A stretch of DNA of 64,000 bases. Origin: Epiperipatus broadwayi. Lineage: Eukaryota > Animalia > Onychophora. The position numbers and the translations under genes were made by a program. Below are positions 52,001-64,000 of the stretch, one piece after another. Where the stretch lies: the NCBI GenBank assembly GCA_028023455.1, contig JAQFVV010000003.1, forward strand, positions 23,932,001 through 23,996,000. The letters run 5' to 3'. The notes beneath the pieces are model-generated. The model searched no databases and was not told the origin of the DNA. It saw only the letters and a program-made list of their open reading frames with translations. How positions within the stretch are numbered: position 1 is the first letter of the stretch; every line of letters begins with the position of its first letter.

Positions 52001-53095
52001 TTCTTTTATCCAATTAATGCTCTAATTCTTGCTGCATTGCTTTGCTCTTTGCAATATTAGTGAATGAATAATTTCATTGATTGATTGCTCAATTCATTTC
52101 TCTCCTTGGCTTAAACCTTTATTTTGTTTTTCATTCTTGTTTATTTATCTACTGACTAACAGTTAATCTCAATCATGTAATCTTTTCTTGTTCTTGTTTA
52201 TCTATTATTTATTTAATTAATCTTAGATATGTGTTGTACTCATTTCTTCTTCTGCAGTTGTGTTGCATGTAATATTTTAAATCTATATTCTTTTTTTGTT
52301 TTTGTTTGCCTTGTTCCATTAGAAAATAACTGTTAACATTAAAGAAATGATAATAAACTAGATTTGCTTAAAAATAGGGAGTTAGTAGATCAATGGATTT
52401 GTAACAAATTTGGATTAAAAATGAATGCTAAACTAAAACCATGCAAATAAATATTAAAAATAAAAATTAAATATATTAGCCAATATCAACCTTGTGATTC
52501 AACAAAGTTCTTTAAAATAATTAAGGCAATGGTTGAATTTTATCAATGATTCACTTGTTTATTGTCATGTAAGTTAATAACATCATAGTATTTACTATGT
52601 GGTGTTCCCTTGACTACTGTCATGAAGTTGCAATTAATGAGTACAAGTTTAGTAAATCTGAAATGAATTAGCTAAATGTAATCCATATTAAATTTATCAT
52701 CTTCCATTCTCTAACATTTTCATAAGAATATATATTTTATTTCTTGTCCTTACAATTACATACTTTTGTTTTGCTTTCTTTTCACATTTTTTAATATCTT
52801 GCAGCCCTGTGTCATTTAATGAAATGATATAATGGCAAATTTTGGACTAGATTATGGATCACAGTCCAGATCTGTCTCTTTGTTTTAGGTGCTCAAAATT
52901 TTTCAAACTCCCAAGCTATATACCATTTGATATTTTATATATTGTAACATCTTATTATTAAATGTCTAATGTATAACAAACGAGAATAATATTAGTGATA
53001 AATTTGATAATTGTATTATCAGCAATCATGTTATTTCAAAATGCATGGGAGAATGTAGTTTATAAATTCCGGAAATTTTCTAAATAGACAGAATG

Positions 53096-53365
53096 TCTTC
53101 CTGAAGATTTGTGATAATAGTGTTCTAGTTGTATTTTTATATTGGACTATTTCCATCATCTAATATGTGTATTGAATGTCTTTATAACTATTTAAATATT
53201 CCAAATACATTCAACTGTTAGTAATAGCACATCAAACAGGTTAGTATATGCACAACATTTTGAGAGGTATTATTCTTCCCTCTTCTTCAGGTGTTTCTGG
53301 CCTGCCCAGTAACAATACTAGCATGGGATTTGAACCTGGATCCTTAGATTATTGAGATGCTCACA
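53096..53365 (-). mobile_element. tRNA-derived SINE (family S)
   Basis: Reverse complement of 25400-25650, including the B box (plus strand GGATTTGAACC). Confidence 0.7.
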
Positions 53366-53520
53366 TGACAATGGAAAAAATATCATAAGCCAACCTAATG
53401 TGACTATGCATAATGTATGGAAACCACTAATCAACTTTGTTCTTAGGAAAAAAAGTGAAGTGGAGAAATCATGAGGAACCTCATAGATAAGTATATGAAA
53501 TTACTACAAATTGTTGTCTT

Positions 53521-53640
53521 TGGCAGGATGGCTCAGTTGGGTAGAACATTTAAATAAAGTTAAATTTTTCTAAAGACATTCAATACATATATTAGATGGT
53601 GGGAATAGTACAATATAAAAATACAGACAGAATGTCATTT
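53521..53640 (+). mobile_element. Internally deleted family S SINE
   Basis: tRNA-like head GGCAGGATGGCTCAGTTGGGTAGAACAT fused to body TTTAAATAAAGTTAA.TTTTTCTAAAGA (as at 25545). Confidence 0.65.
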
Positions 53641-55684
53641 ATATACTCATTAGCAGTCAACTTGCTTGATGGCATCTAATAATAATAAAGAATACATTGT
53701 ATTCGTAATTATTATATTTTATGCAGTACAACCAGATATATGCACAAAGTATATTTATTTTGAATTCTCACATGAGTTGAAATAAAAAAAAAAATTTGAA
53801 AATAAGATTAGGGATTTGTTAACTTCATGTTTAGCACAAATGATTTATTTTTTATGGAATTTATTACTCATGGATATTATGCACATACATAGGTATAGAC
53901 TTACATTGAAATCATCTGTAAATATTCACTTACATAACAAATTAACATCATTTATTAAAAACGACAGAAATGATAAAATCAAATATTATAGGATAAACAA
54001 ATTTAGACTTTTCATATCAACTTCACTAAGTGTGTTTTTATCTTTTCTTGTAAGCTTCTATTTACTATCTAAGTGATGATATGTCAAACCTTTCATAAAT
54101 AAAGCTGCTTTCAGCATACCATATGGCTAACCTTTGCTCAAATATTAAATTCAAGTTCCAGCCTGCAAATATCTTATAAGAGTTTTAAAAAAAGCGTAGC
54201 TATTTTATATTTCTAAAGTTAAAATTATATATTAAAATTTACCTACAGACAAAGATAGAGGGGCCTCAACATGTAATTATAACACATCTTATTATGTCTG
54301 TGATCTGGGTTAAATCTAGGCCAAGTGAATTTAATTTTTTTTCAATAGTATTAGTTTTTCCCCTAGATAGTTTGATTATAGACATCACATTTAACCATTT
54401 AGTATTGATTTGTAAATAGATATCTGTATGTTCTCAGAAAATAAAACAAGGCTCTAACATGGTTTGAATCCTTACTGCCTGGCAATTGGCAAGCCTGCTG
54501 ATTACTATCTTCTCTATGAAAAGTCTTTATTTTAGTAAAAGATTGTTAATTGAAATGGACTATTTTAAATAGCTCACTTGAATTACCTTTTTTATATTCA
54601 GAAAAATTAATTTTGTAATTTTACATGGATTAATTTTGTTTCATCATTAGAGAGACATATAAATTTCGAATTCTAGTCAACACCTCTGACCAAGAGCTGT
54701 TCTGTCAAAGGTATATCTTTTCAATCAGCAAAATTATTGTAGCTATCTATTCTTTTTTGTTTTAGGGGGTCCATTCTGGTACATATTGTGGACATTTTAG
54801 AATTAGAATACCTTTATTATTACTACAGAATAGTTTAGAATTAATTATCTTTAGAATACTTTTAAAACCCTTAAATTAAAGAATTAATGTGAACATTAGA
54901 TATAGTTTTTATTTTCTTTTACAATAATTATCTACAATCAGATCGAGATTATTGACATTGTTTAGATGTGGACTGCTTACATGTATTTACATTTATAAAC
55001 CAATTTAACCTTTAGCTTTATTATTTAAATATGGTAGTATATGATTTCAGTGTAGTTCGCAAGTTAAAGATTTCCTATTTATTACCCTGCTTTCAAATAT
55101 AGATATTTACCTATTTAATTGTTTAAATTTCTTTGAATTATTAATTTTCAATTTCTTTCAATCAAGTGCCAATCTTTACTGTCTATAAAAACATATTAGT
55201 CCATAGATAAAGGTAAATATATATTGCACAATACATCCAAAGTGTAATAGGGTTTCCAATTGTTTGTGTGTAGATTTTTATTTCTTTCCACAGTTGTATT
55301 TTTTAAAAATAATATTATCATTTTTTATATATTCTTAAGACTACTTTTATGAATTTTTTAGTGTGGAATGTTCATTTTTTAATTTTTTATTGTACACAGA
55401 GGAATAACTTACTTATTACTATAACTTGGGTAATTTTCATTTCAGGGTTTTTTAGCAATTGCAAAAGTTGTAATCTAATGAAGACTTATTTTCTTTCTTA
55501 ATAACACAAAGTGCAAAGAATATTTTTCCACTTGACTTTTCCAAATTATCATTGAATTTTATTTCCTATTAAAAATTTTTTATTAGTTACATTAACTATT
55601 CACTTCTCTGCAAGGGTATTTAAGACAATAAAACAAAGAAGAGTAAAATAAACTTTGATGTTAATTTTTTTTAAATCTGAGACC

Positions 55685-55900
55685 ATCAATCTTATGAAGA
55701 CATCCTTTGATGTGAAAGAAGGTTGATTGTGGAAGTGAATGATGTGAAGACTATTTTGTTTTGTATATATATGTTGTATGTTTAGTTGAATTTCGCTTGA
55801 GAAGTTATATTTGTTAATAGACAAACCCTGGTTCTGTAAGAATTTTAGTAAAATTTTGTTATTTTAGCTAGTATTATAGTGTTATATGAATTTCTATTTT
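55685..55900 (+). repeat. Family D copy
   Basis: Matches 9105-9310. Confidence 0.7.
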
Positions 55901-57599
55901 ATTTGATAGTATTGATATATGTGTTGGACCATCTGCTAAAACTTTTAAGGCAGCAAAATTGATTCAATATTAACCCCTATTCCAAAATCTACAGGGGCAT
56001 TTGAGGCAGTAAAAATGTGTCATTAATAGTATTGAATCATGTTGCATTATCTTCAAGAGCATTTAAGTCAATAAAACTGTCACTCAATTATACGCACACC
56101 CATATATATGTATAAATGTTATATCATGCACAATATCATTTAAATCAGTTAAATTGTGTTAGTAATAATATTGATGCGTTTCATCATTGTTAAGGGTATG
56201 TGAGATAATAAAATTGTGTCAACAGCAATGTTGATCACATTGCTGCATAGTTATTTGAAGCAATAAGACTGTCACCAATATTATGATACAGATTGTATCT
56301 CTACAAGGACATTCAAATATCTCAGCATGTCATTCATTATTTACAAGGGTAGCTGAGATAGCAATTTGTCTAACTAAAAATATTGAAATGGTCTGCCAAA
56401 AACATTTGATGCAGTAAATCTGTGTCAGTGATAATACTAATACATGATCTGCAGAAATATTTGAGTCAGCTAAACTGTGGCAGAAATAATAATGGTGCAC
56501 ATTGCATAATCTACTGCATAATCTACAGAGGCATTTGATACATTAAAAATATATAACTAATAATGATGACACATGATACATCATTTATAAAACATTAGAG
56601 GCTTCATGTAAATTGAACAATTATGGCACATATTTCTTTTGTGTGTGTTTTTTTTTTACATTTTTAGTTTGTTACTTTAGAATAATAGATTTTTAATTCA
56701 AATTTGAAACTTTTTTTTTTTCTACTCTTAATCTTAAGAATTAGTTCTCAAAGCACCAGAATATATAAATTTGACTCTAAAATTGTCATTTTTTAAAATT
56801 AAAATCTAGGTTTAAGTATCCATTTGCTCATTCTTTTTACTGCCCACAGCATTCTCAAAACATCTTTACCATTATTTCAATACTCTTTTTTTTAGTATTC
56901 ATAGTTAAAGTTTCACTCTTATAGGAAGTAATATAAAATATTGTAGTTTAGAGAAGTCTGATAGTCATTTTTAAAAATGTGTATCTATATGTTTTAATCT
57001 TCTGTACACTTTTGTCAGCAATTCTGGCCAGTCTCAGTCTGTTACGACTCAATTGACTGCTAGATTCTTTGTTAATGATGAATGATCCCCCCAAAAATCT
57101 GTTAATGAACTGAAAGCTGTACCATTAGTTTTAATGTCCATTGTTGTACCCATTGTTATAATGTGTGTCTTTTCCTTATGAAACCAAAATCCCAATATTT
57201 TATCTTTTAACATTCCTAATATATTTACATATAATAATATGTTGTTAGATGGTCATGTTTATATCTTTTATCAAAAATATCCATACTCGTTGCAATCTCA
57301 TGCAAAAAAAAATGGCTTCAAAAGTTCTTCAGTGATTTTTGGATATCACTGTGCAGCTATGGAAAAATATAATCACATAAGCTATCTCTTTGATTACAAT
57401 GAAATATACTTTAAAATCTATGTGTGTTGTAAAGACTTAACACATTGTTTCTCTTTAAGCATGTGACTATCATGATATGTTATTGGTCTGTGTTTTAGGG
57501 TTGAATGCAACCTGTGAAATACTGCTTTAACTATTCTAAATAAGAGGTTTGAGAAAATAGCACTCATTGGAGAAAAATAATAAAAATTTGGATACACAA

Positions 57600-59130
57600 T
57601 TATAAATAATGACGTTTAAAAAAATTATCGTATAAAAAGAGGAGACTTTTATTTAAAAAATTGAAAAGGACATGTGGAATGATAAAAATATTATAGCAAA
57701 ATGAAAAAAATTGTAAAGAAAGAAAGGAGAAATCTGATAGATAATTTTATGAAAAAGAATAATGTCAGGAATTTCATGTCACGGCGTGCAGCTTTCACGC
57801 CCATGACATAGGGTTTGAATTCTAGTGAAACTTTGAGATTTTTTTTTTAAAGTTCCAATCTTTTTTTTTAAAGATAGCTAGTTTAAATCCAATTCCAGAT
57901 AAACTCTTATTAAGTTGGTACACTTGTTTTTCTAGTCTTCATCGATTAATATTTTTTTACATTAATTAATTAAGAAAACATAATAATAATTCAACAATAG
58001 ATCTCTTAATCATCATTATAAATCTCCAACGTTTTTAAGCCAGCCATAACGTGATCCAAATTATTCTCAGAACGTAAAATAATAAAAAGTGATCTACCAG
58101 CAGCTGACATTTGATTAATCTGATGAGCAAAGGAGGATACTTTTCATTACCTAATATTTGACTAGTCTGACGTTTATGAACTGAGGAGAATATGGAAATA
58201 TAAAGGTGTGTGTACAAGCGTGCATATGTATCATTATTATGCACAATTCTAAAGATAGATTATGATGTATCATTTTTTTTTTTCCAGTATCAGGTTTTTT
58301 AAATTTTAGCTTCACTCTTCACATACATTTATTTTATTTCTTTTCGTAGGTGGGGAAAATTGATTCACATATTTTTTTTTTTACGATTAAATCATCTTTG
58401 TCGTTTTTAGATCTCTAGTTAACGTCTTTACATTTTTCTCAAATTGTTTTGTGTTTGTGAAGAGACAAGAACGTTGTTATTTGATCGTGCAGAACTTATG
58501 AATCAGATTTTATCTTATCTCTGAACAAAAGTTGATTTTATGTTTGTATGGGGATTATTGTAGATGATATGACATATAAGTTTGGAATTTGACCTATCTA
58601 TTTTATTTTTCTTGCTACCTTGACAAGAAAAATATATTAGTGTGTATGGTTTGATCCTATGTAGGTGTGTAGTCCAATCTACAAACGTTAATAGTCATTT
58701 TCTTGTCATAATATGTTCTTAAAAATGCTACGAATTGTCTATCATTCATTTATAATAAAAATATTTTTTTACATATTATTATCATACGTCAGACGTAAAT
58801 CTTTCCTTAATGATAACACGAGTGATTTCTTAAATATTTGAAGTTTGATGTTTGATAGTATTTGGGGAGGGGGGGGGGGATCAATCAATGAAGTACAATT
58901 TTAAATTTCAATCTGAAGGTACAAATCATATGTTGCAAGAGTTTTTTTCTTCGAAATATTGCATTAAATAAATGCATTCGTTTATATTTAATTTTGATTT
59001 AAATGGCTTTATATTAGAAAATCATCAATGTTATAAACTTCCAAAACATTTCAAATTTAATCATTATTTAATTCTATAAACTAATTTAAACCATATTTAT
59101 AAAGTGAATAAATCGATTTAAAACCCAGTC
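57600..59130 (+). promoter_or_regulatory. CpG-retaining patch with a candidate 144-nt intron (58206-58349)
   Basis: About 25 CpG in 1.5 kb (hand count); AAAG|GTGTGT donor and TTTCTTTTCGTAG| acceptor. Confidence 0.35.
57778..57830 (+). pseudogene. tRNA-like relic (Val-like 3' two-thirds)
   Basis: TCACG..TGC..CTTTCACGC...GGGTTTGAATTCTAGTGAAAC resembles the tRNA-Val anticodon, T arm and acceptor; no 5' half. Confidence 0.25.
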
Positions 59131-61259
59131 GAGTTTGAATCTTAAGCCAAGTGACTAATCACCAGTAACAAACACTCATAAACAAAAATGATCATTTCAG
59201 TTCTAAGAAGAAAAAAAAAGGAAAATAAAATTATAGAAAAAAAAAATAACAATAACACACTAAAGATGAGCTTAGCAATTTCTATATAAACCAAATCATG
59301 GAACAACAAGTATGTTCATTAATCTGCATATGTAGTACTTTGTAATGATGTTTTTTAACTTCTGCAGCAAGATTTTCTGTTTGAAAGACTTCAATACTCT
59401 GTCTAAATATAAGTCTTCACTGCAGTCTATCCTCAATTCTATCTTTCAAGTGAAAGCAATCAATATTACACATCTTTTAAATATCTTTCAGCTAATATTT
59501 TGTAACATAAACACATGCTGAAGTCCACTATAAAATAATAAATCTATGATATTACAATAGTGGTCTCTATAATGTGGCATACAGCAAGTTGAAAACTATT
59601 TAGATTGTTCTTTTTATCTTGCTATTATATTTTTAAAATTTTGAGGAGCATTTTTAAATGAATTTTTAGTTTATCTTTATGTTACTTCAGTAGAGGTTTA
59701 AATCTCACTTTCATATAATATATTAACTGAGTCAAATACAACTATGTGTATAACTAATTTGATTGCAATAATAATGGGATGAAATATCTTATCTTGTAAA
59801 TTGTTAAATGCAACATCAGCACATTGGGCGTTGCATCTCAACATCTAAGATCACATTTCTACTTAGAAAGCTACCAGTAAAATAATAAAGAAAACCAAAT
59901 TTAAATAGTGGTTATACACCATTGTAGAGGAATGTATAGCTTTTTAATATTTTAAGTTTTATTTCACATATTGGAAAGAGCATCAAAAGAAGAAAACCAA
60001 TGTTCTCTTCTTTTATTCCAATTTTGATTTTTGTGTAGATTATCACTCTCATTTTTATTTTTTCTTCTAAGTTTTTGCTTCAGCTTATAAATAGATGTAT
60101 ATTTTTGCAATGAGATTTGACATAATCCTGTTTATTATTCTTTAGAGAGAGTTAAATAAATTAAAAATTAATTCACATTCTGAAGATGATAATTATCCAA
60201 CTTAAAGAACAGCATTTAAGTTACCATTTGTCATTTTAATAATTGTGTTATTTTATATTTTGAAGATTATTTTTGCTGTTAAATGAAATACTGTTTCAGC
60301 ATATTATTTTTTATTCACCCCCCCCCCCCCAAACAATCTCACAATTAATGTTTCTGAAATTATTACTACATCTAGATAGGATGAATATATATATATATTG
60401 TTTTTATTCAAATTATTTCAAGCATGTTTTTTTTTAAAAAAAAAACCTCAAGACTAAATTTAGTATTCATGAATATATGACATCTTCCACTGACAATTAT
60501 GAAAGCCATATTATATTACAAATATATTTTTTTTATTTTGACTGTCAGCACATCGACAATCATATGATGAACTTAGATTAACTTGGGATCTTTATCTTTT
60601 AGCTAAGAATATAGATATTCATTTTCTTATCCATATTGGATGATTTGCGGAGTTGGCTATGGGTATTTTATCTGGAAAAATATCTAAACCTATTTATGAT
60701 TTGAAAAATAAACTGAAATTCACCAGATGAACTCAAAGTTCAGGGCATGGTTATGGAGTTGAATAATTGAATTATTTAACCTGTTTTTTTTTCTCTCCAG
60801 GTTCATGCATGTTTAAGAAATCATATAATATTCACTCATTCAACAACAGTGAATGCATAAGCCACTACTCACTTAAAAAACAGATTTTATAATGATATTC
60901 TGTTAAGAATCCAGGAATTTTTTTATATGCTGACATGTTACTTGTGAAGTTTCAAATTATGTAAAGGTATTATTTTTCCTATTTTATGTTCTATTTATTT
61001 AACTACTAATATTAGTGCAAATTCTATTTAAAATTAATTTTTAATATATATAGAGTTTACCTGATTAACCTAATTAGTTTTCTAGGTTAAAATATTATTT
61101 TTTTGGTTTTTCACATCATCAAAATAAGAAAGTGAAATTTTTCAGCATGTTTTTTTTCTTTAAACAATTTTCCAAGGTATATTTTGTTTAAATTATTATA
61201 AATAAATGACAAAACATTATATGAGTTTTTGTTATGATAAAGAGTGAATTATATTGTTT

Positions 61260-61400
61260 TTCACATAAACCACTTTAAATTAAACCTAGATCCTACCTGC
61301 ACATTATGCAATGTACTCCTGGGAAATACAATTTATATCTTTGAGACTTCCATATTTTTCACCTTTACGTTGCTTTGTATTCAACACGACACAATTAATC
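61260..61400 (+). mobile_element. Possible LINE C-terminal zinc-finger relic
   Basis: NLDPTCTLCN in ORF 61244-61663; nothing else recognised. Confidence 0.25.
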
Positions 61401-62288
61401 TAAAAAAAACATTCATGAATAATATAAAAAAATTAAAATCATTCAATGCCTTAGTATCCATTTACACTCTTAGAACAATGTGGCTCGCCTGCTGTGCTGT
61501 AATCTTTGACAACAACAAATACAATGTACTTAAAAAAAAAATTGTTTTTCACTTAAACACATATAGACATTTTCAAAGTAGAATTATTAGATTAATACAT
61601 GAAATATCTCAAATTTATGCTAATTTGGATTCTAACTTAAAATTAATAAACTTCTGCTTATAATTAATTTAAAAAATATATTACATGAATAACTCATTTA
61701 AAAATTAGGAGATATCTAATTATAATAATTTTCTAAGAAAGAAATATTTCTTTTAGATATAGATTCTCTCTCATAAGTATAAATTTCTGAAATATTAAAG
61801 AATTGCCATATTTGTTGAATATAAAGAGATTAGGATTACTAAAATAAGAACTAAAAACATATCTCAATAATTGTTAAATCTTAAATATTTATTTTATTTA
61901 CAATTTATAGAAACAATGTTTTAATGCTAGTTGAAATCTATATAAAATATTTGGAACACCCCATAGCTATATTTTTCAGCCATACTCCTTCTTTAAATAA
62001 AGAGAAGCTAGAATTTTTTCAGTCCATTGAAAAATAAATCTCTTCAATAAATATGGCAATGATGTTAAACATATTAAAATTTAAGCTACTATAAATAAGA
62101 AGTGTGAAACTAAGTAAGCAAAGATCTTATATTGCAAATAAACAAACATGTTTGATTTCAAACATATTTAGAAAGATAAACAGGCAAAACTCTCCAATCA
62201 GTAGTGCCACTCAGTGCAAGCCAGAATAATTAATGGATGCCAGAAGGCTTATGCATAAAATTCCTATCTAGTGTCTACTCATCCAATG

Positions 62289-62329
62289 TCCCCAGATTAG
62301 TTTCTAGCTGTGGTTTTTGTCAGTGAGGC
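62289..62329 (-). ncRNA. Family A hammerhead motif (G8 lost by CpG decay)
   Basis: GCCTCA CTGACAA AAACCACAGCTA GAAA CTAA TC TGGGGA. Confidence 0.6.
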
Positions 62330-62456
62330 GCTTTGGATCTGAGAGATATTTGGATTTGGGAATATTGGATGAGTAGGCACTAGATAGGGATTTTATGCAC
62401 ATGTCTTCTGGCATTCATTGGTTACCCTGGCTTGCACTGAGTGGCACTACTGTGTA

Positions 62457-63341
62457 TACCTGGGTCTCGTTTTATGTGGATTATTTTAATACGATTTTGA
62501 AGTTATGTAATTTATGTTTCTTCTTAATATATTTCATATTTCACTATATTTATTAGATATCAGGAAATTTAAATTATTAATAATTTATTTTGACTTGAAA
62601 TACTTTTTTTTCTTCAAAAATATAACGTTATATTAGCAGCGAATGTGAATATGGCCTGAAGCTGTATTTGGAATCTTAGCTTCTATGTAAATAACCTACT
62701 TATACTATTGAGTAAATAATAATAATAGATTTATATGTATGTATAAAAATATCGCAATAAATATTCAAAAAATTTAAACTTTTAAAACGTATTTTGTTAG
62801 ATATTAACAGAAATAAATATTTTTTTAGATTTTTAAAATAAATAATAACGAAGATTTTGTTGATTTTATAAACTGAGAATAATCTTTCTAATGATAGTGT
62901 ATAATCTTTTTGTTTTGATTGCGATCTCATTTTTTAAATATAGAAACAGAAAACCATTAACAGAGCACAAGACTGAAAGTGGCGCTAGTTATACATCATG
63001 TCACGAATCTGATTTCTTACTAGTTTACAAACAAACCATTATTGTCAAATAGTGGTAATGACTAAAATATGTATGAAAAATGTAAAATTAAGTACTGTAG
63101 TTAATAAAAAAAGTTTGTTTTATTATTAATTTTTTTCAAATTTTTGAAATTTTTTATTAGTCATACTTTATTTCCTTATTTTTTTAATGCGAATTTTAAA
63201 GTAATTTTTCCTTGTTGCTTTGCTTTTATGCTGATTTCAGAAAATTACAGTACCTATCCCCCTTTTTTCAAGGTAAGTTACGTTTATTTTTGTGCGTGTT
63301 TTCTGAGGAACCTATCTACCGCATAAAATGAGACCCAGGCG
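62457..63341. mobile_element. 885-bp non-autonomous Tc1/mariner-superfamily (pogo/Tigger-like) element
   Basis: TIRs TACCTGGGTCTCGTTTTATGTGG / CCGCATAAAATGAGACCCAGGCG, with TA on both flanks (62455-56, 63342-43). No transposase ORF. Confidence 0.8.
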
Positions 63342-63629
63342 TAGAGAGTTTTGCCTATTTTAACAATAGTTATGAGCAAGTATAAGAAATGGTGATCATG
63401 TGATATTTAATGGTTTAATACTTAGAAAGACTATACAACAGTCATTTTTACTTCCCAAACTCAAGTAGAAACCATGCATAATGCTAGCTGAAATCGATAT
63501 AAAATGTTTGAAATGCCCCACTGTTATATTCCTTCACCTAGACTCCCCCTTTATATAAAGAAAAATTAAAATTTTTGCAACCTATTGAAAAGAAAATCTT
63601 TTTAATGCATACTGCAATGATATTATATA

Positions 63630-63919
63630 TAAGCCAATAAACATCACATGATCATTATTTCTTATGCTTGCTTATAACTGTTATTAAAACAGGCAAAACT
63701 CTCTATATGCATTGCCATTCAGTGCAAGCCAGATTAATCAATTGATGCCAGAAATCTTGTGCATAAAATCCTTATCTAGTACCTACTCATCCAATATCCC
63801 CATACTAGTTTCTGGTTTGTAGCCTTTGTCAGTGAGGAGCCTTGGATCTGAGAGCACTGCACCTAGATCTTAGGATCTAATGCAACCCTCCAGCAGCTAT
63901 CTGTTTTGCCTGTTTTAAT
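63630..63919. mobile_element. Family A copy A6: about 270-bp arm plus about 18-bp inverted stub
   Basis: Starts at the family terminus TAAGCCAATAAACATCACATGATC and ends GTTTTGCCTGTTTTAAT (inverted). Confidence 0.9.
63797..63838 (-). ncRNA. Family A hammerhead motif (G8 lost by CpG decay)
   Basis: TCCTCA CTGACAA AGGCTACAAACCA GAAA CTAG TA TGGGGA. Confidence 0.6.
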
Positions 63920-64000
63920 CTTATATATATTAAAATTCAAGCTATTTGAGTTTGGGGAGTAAAAATTATTATTGCATAGTCTTTCTAAGCATATTTAAAA

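Larger units (their letters stand above)
62178..63417. mobile_element. Family A copy A5 (near-symmetric palindrome) split by a nested DNA element
   Basis: Left arm 62178-62345; right arm 62357-62456, resuming at 63342-63417 (GAGAGTTTTGCC...GGTTTAA). Confidence 0.9.

Noticed and set aside
60615-60760. SAM-domain-like peptide LRSWLWVFYLEKYLNLF
   Set aside because: Two in-frame stops follow, spacing to the next helix is wrong, and there are no supporting splice sites.
17300-63919. Family A as a foldback or MITE DNA transposon with long TIRs
   Set aside because: Arm lengths differ in every copy, no consistent TSD is visible (TTAA follows only two of three right ends), and the arms carry a hammerhead. 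A retroelement origin fits better, though this alternative is not fully excluded.

Overview
AT-rich (about 70-75% by eye), strongly CpG-depleted eukaryotic DNA, probably from a methylated invertebrate genome; the taxon is an inference. There is no intact protein-coding gene. The recognisable longer ORFs are relics of non-LTR retrotransposons (L1/Tx1, RTE, CR1-like, I-like) or DNA transposons. Three CpG-retaining patches (36.2-37.1, 46.2-47.9, 57.6-59.1 kb) carry splice-like sites and may be promoters or first exons. The main signal is non-coding. Several unrelated short repeat families carry type I hammerhead ribozyme (HHR) motifs with palindromic helix III, the minimal dimer-type HHR known from Penelope-like elements and metazoan retrozymes. 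Family A/B has 7 motifs in inverted-arm insertions. Family C has 4 motifs in a 411-420 bp monomer found in partial tandem and inverted arrangement. Single motifs occur at 33.8 and 44.8 kb, and family D has a degenerate candidate. Copy-to-copy differences in A/B and C are largely CpG decay of a reconstructible intact ribozyme, and some inverted arms start at the predicted cleavage site. An RTE 5' UTR carries a decayed HDV-like ribozyme. Other features include a 2.8-kb TIR-bounded mosaic, a nested pogo-like MITE, tRNA-derived SINEs and a tRNA-Gly pseudogene. All alignments, folds and counts were done by eye.
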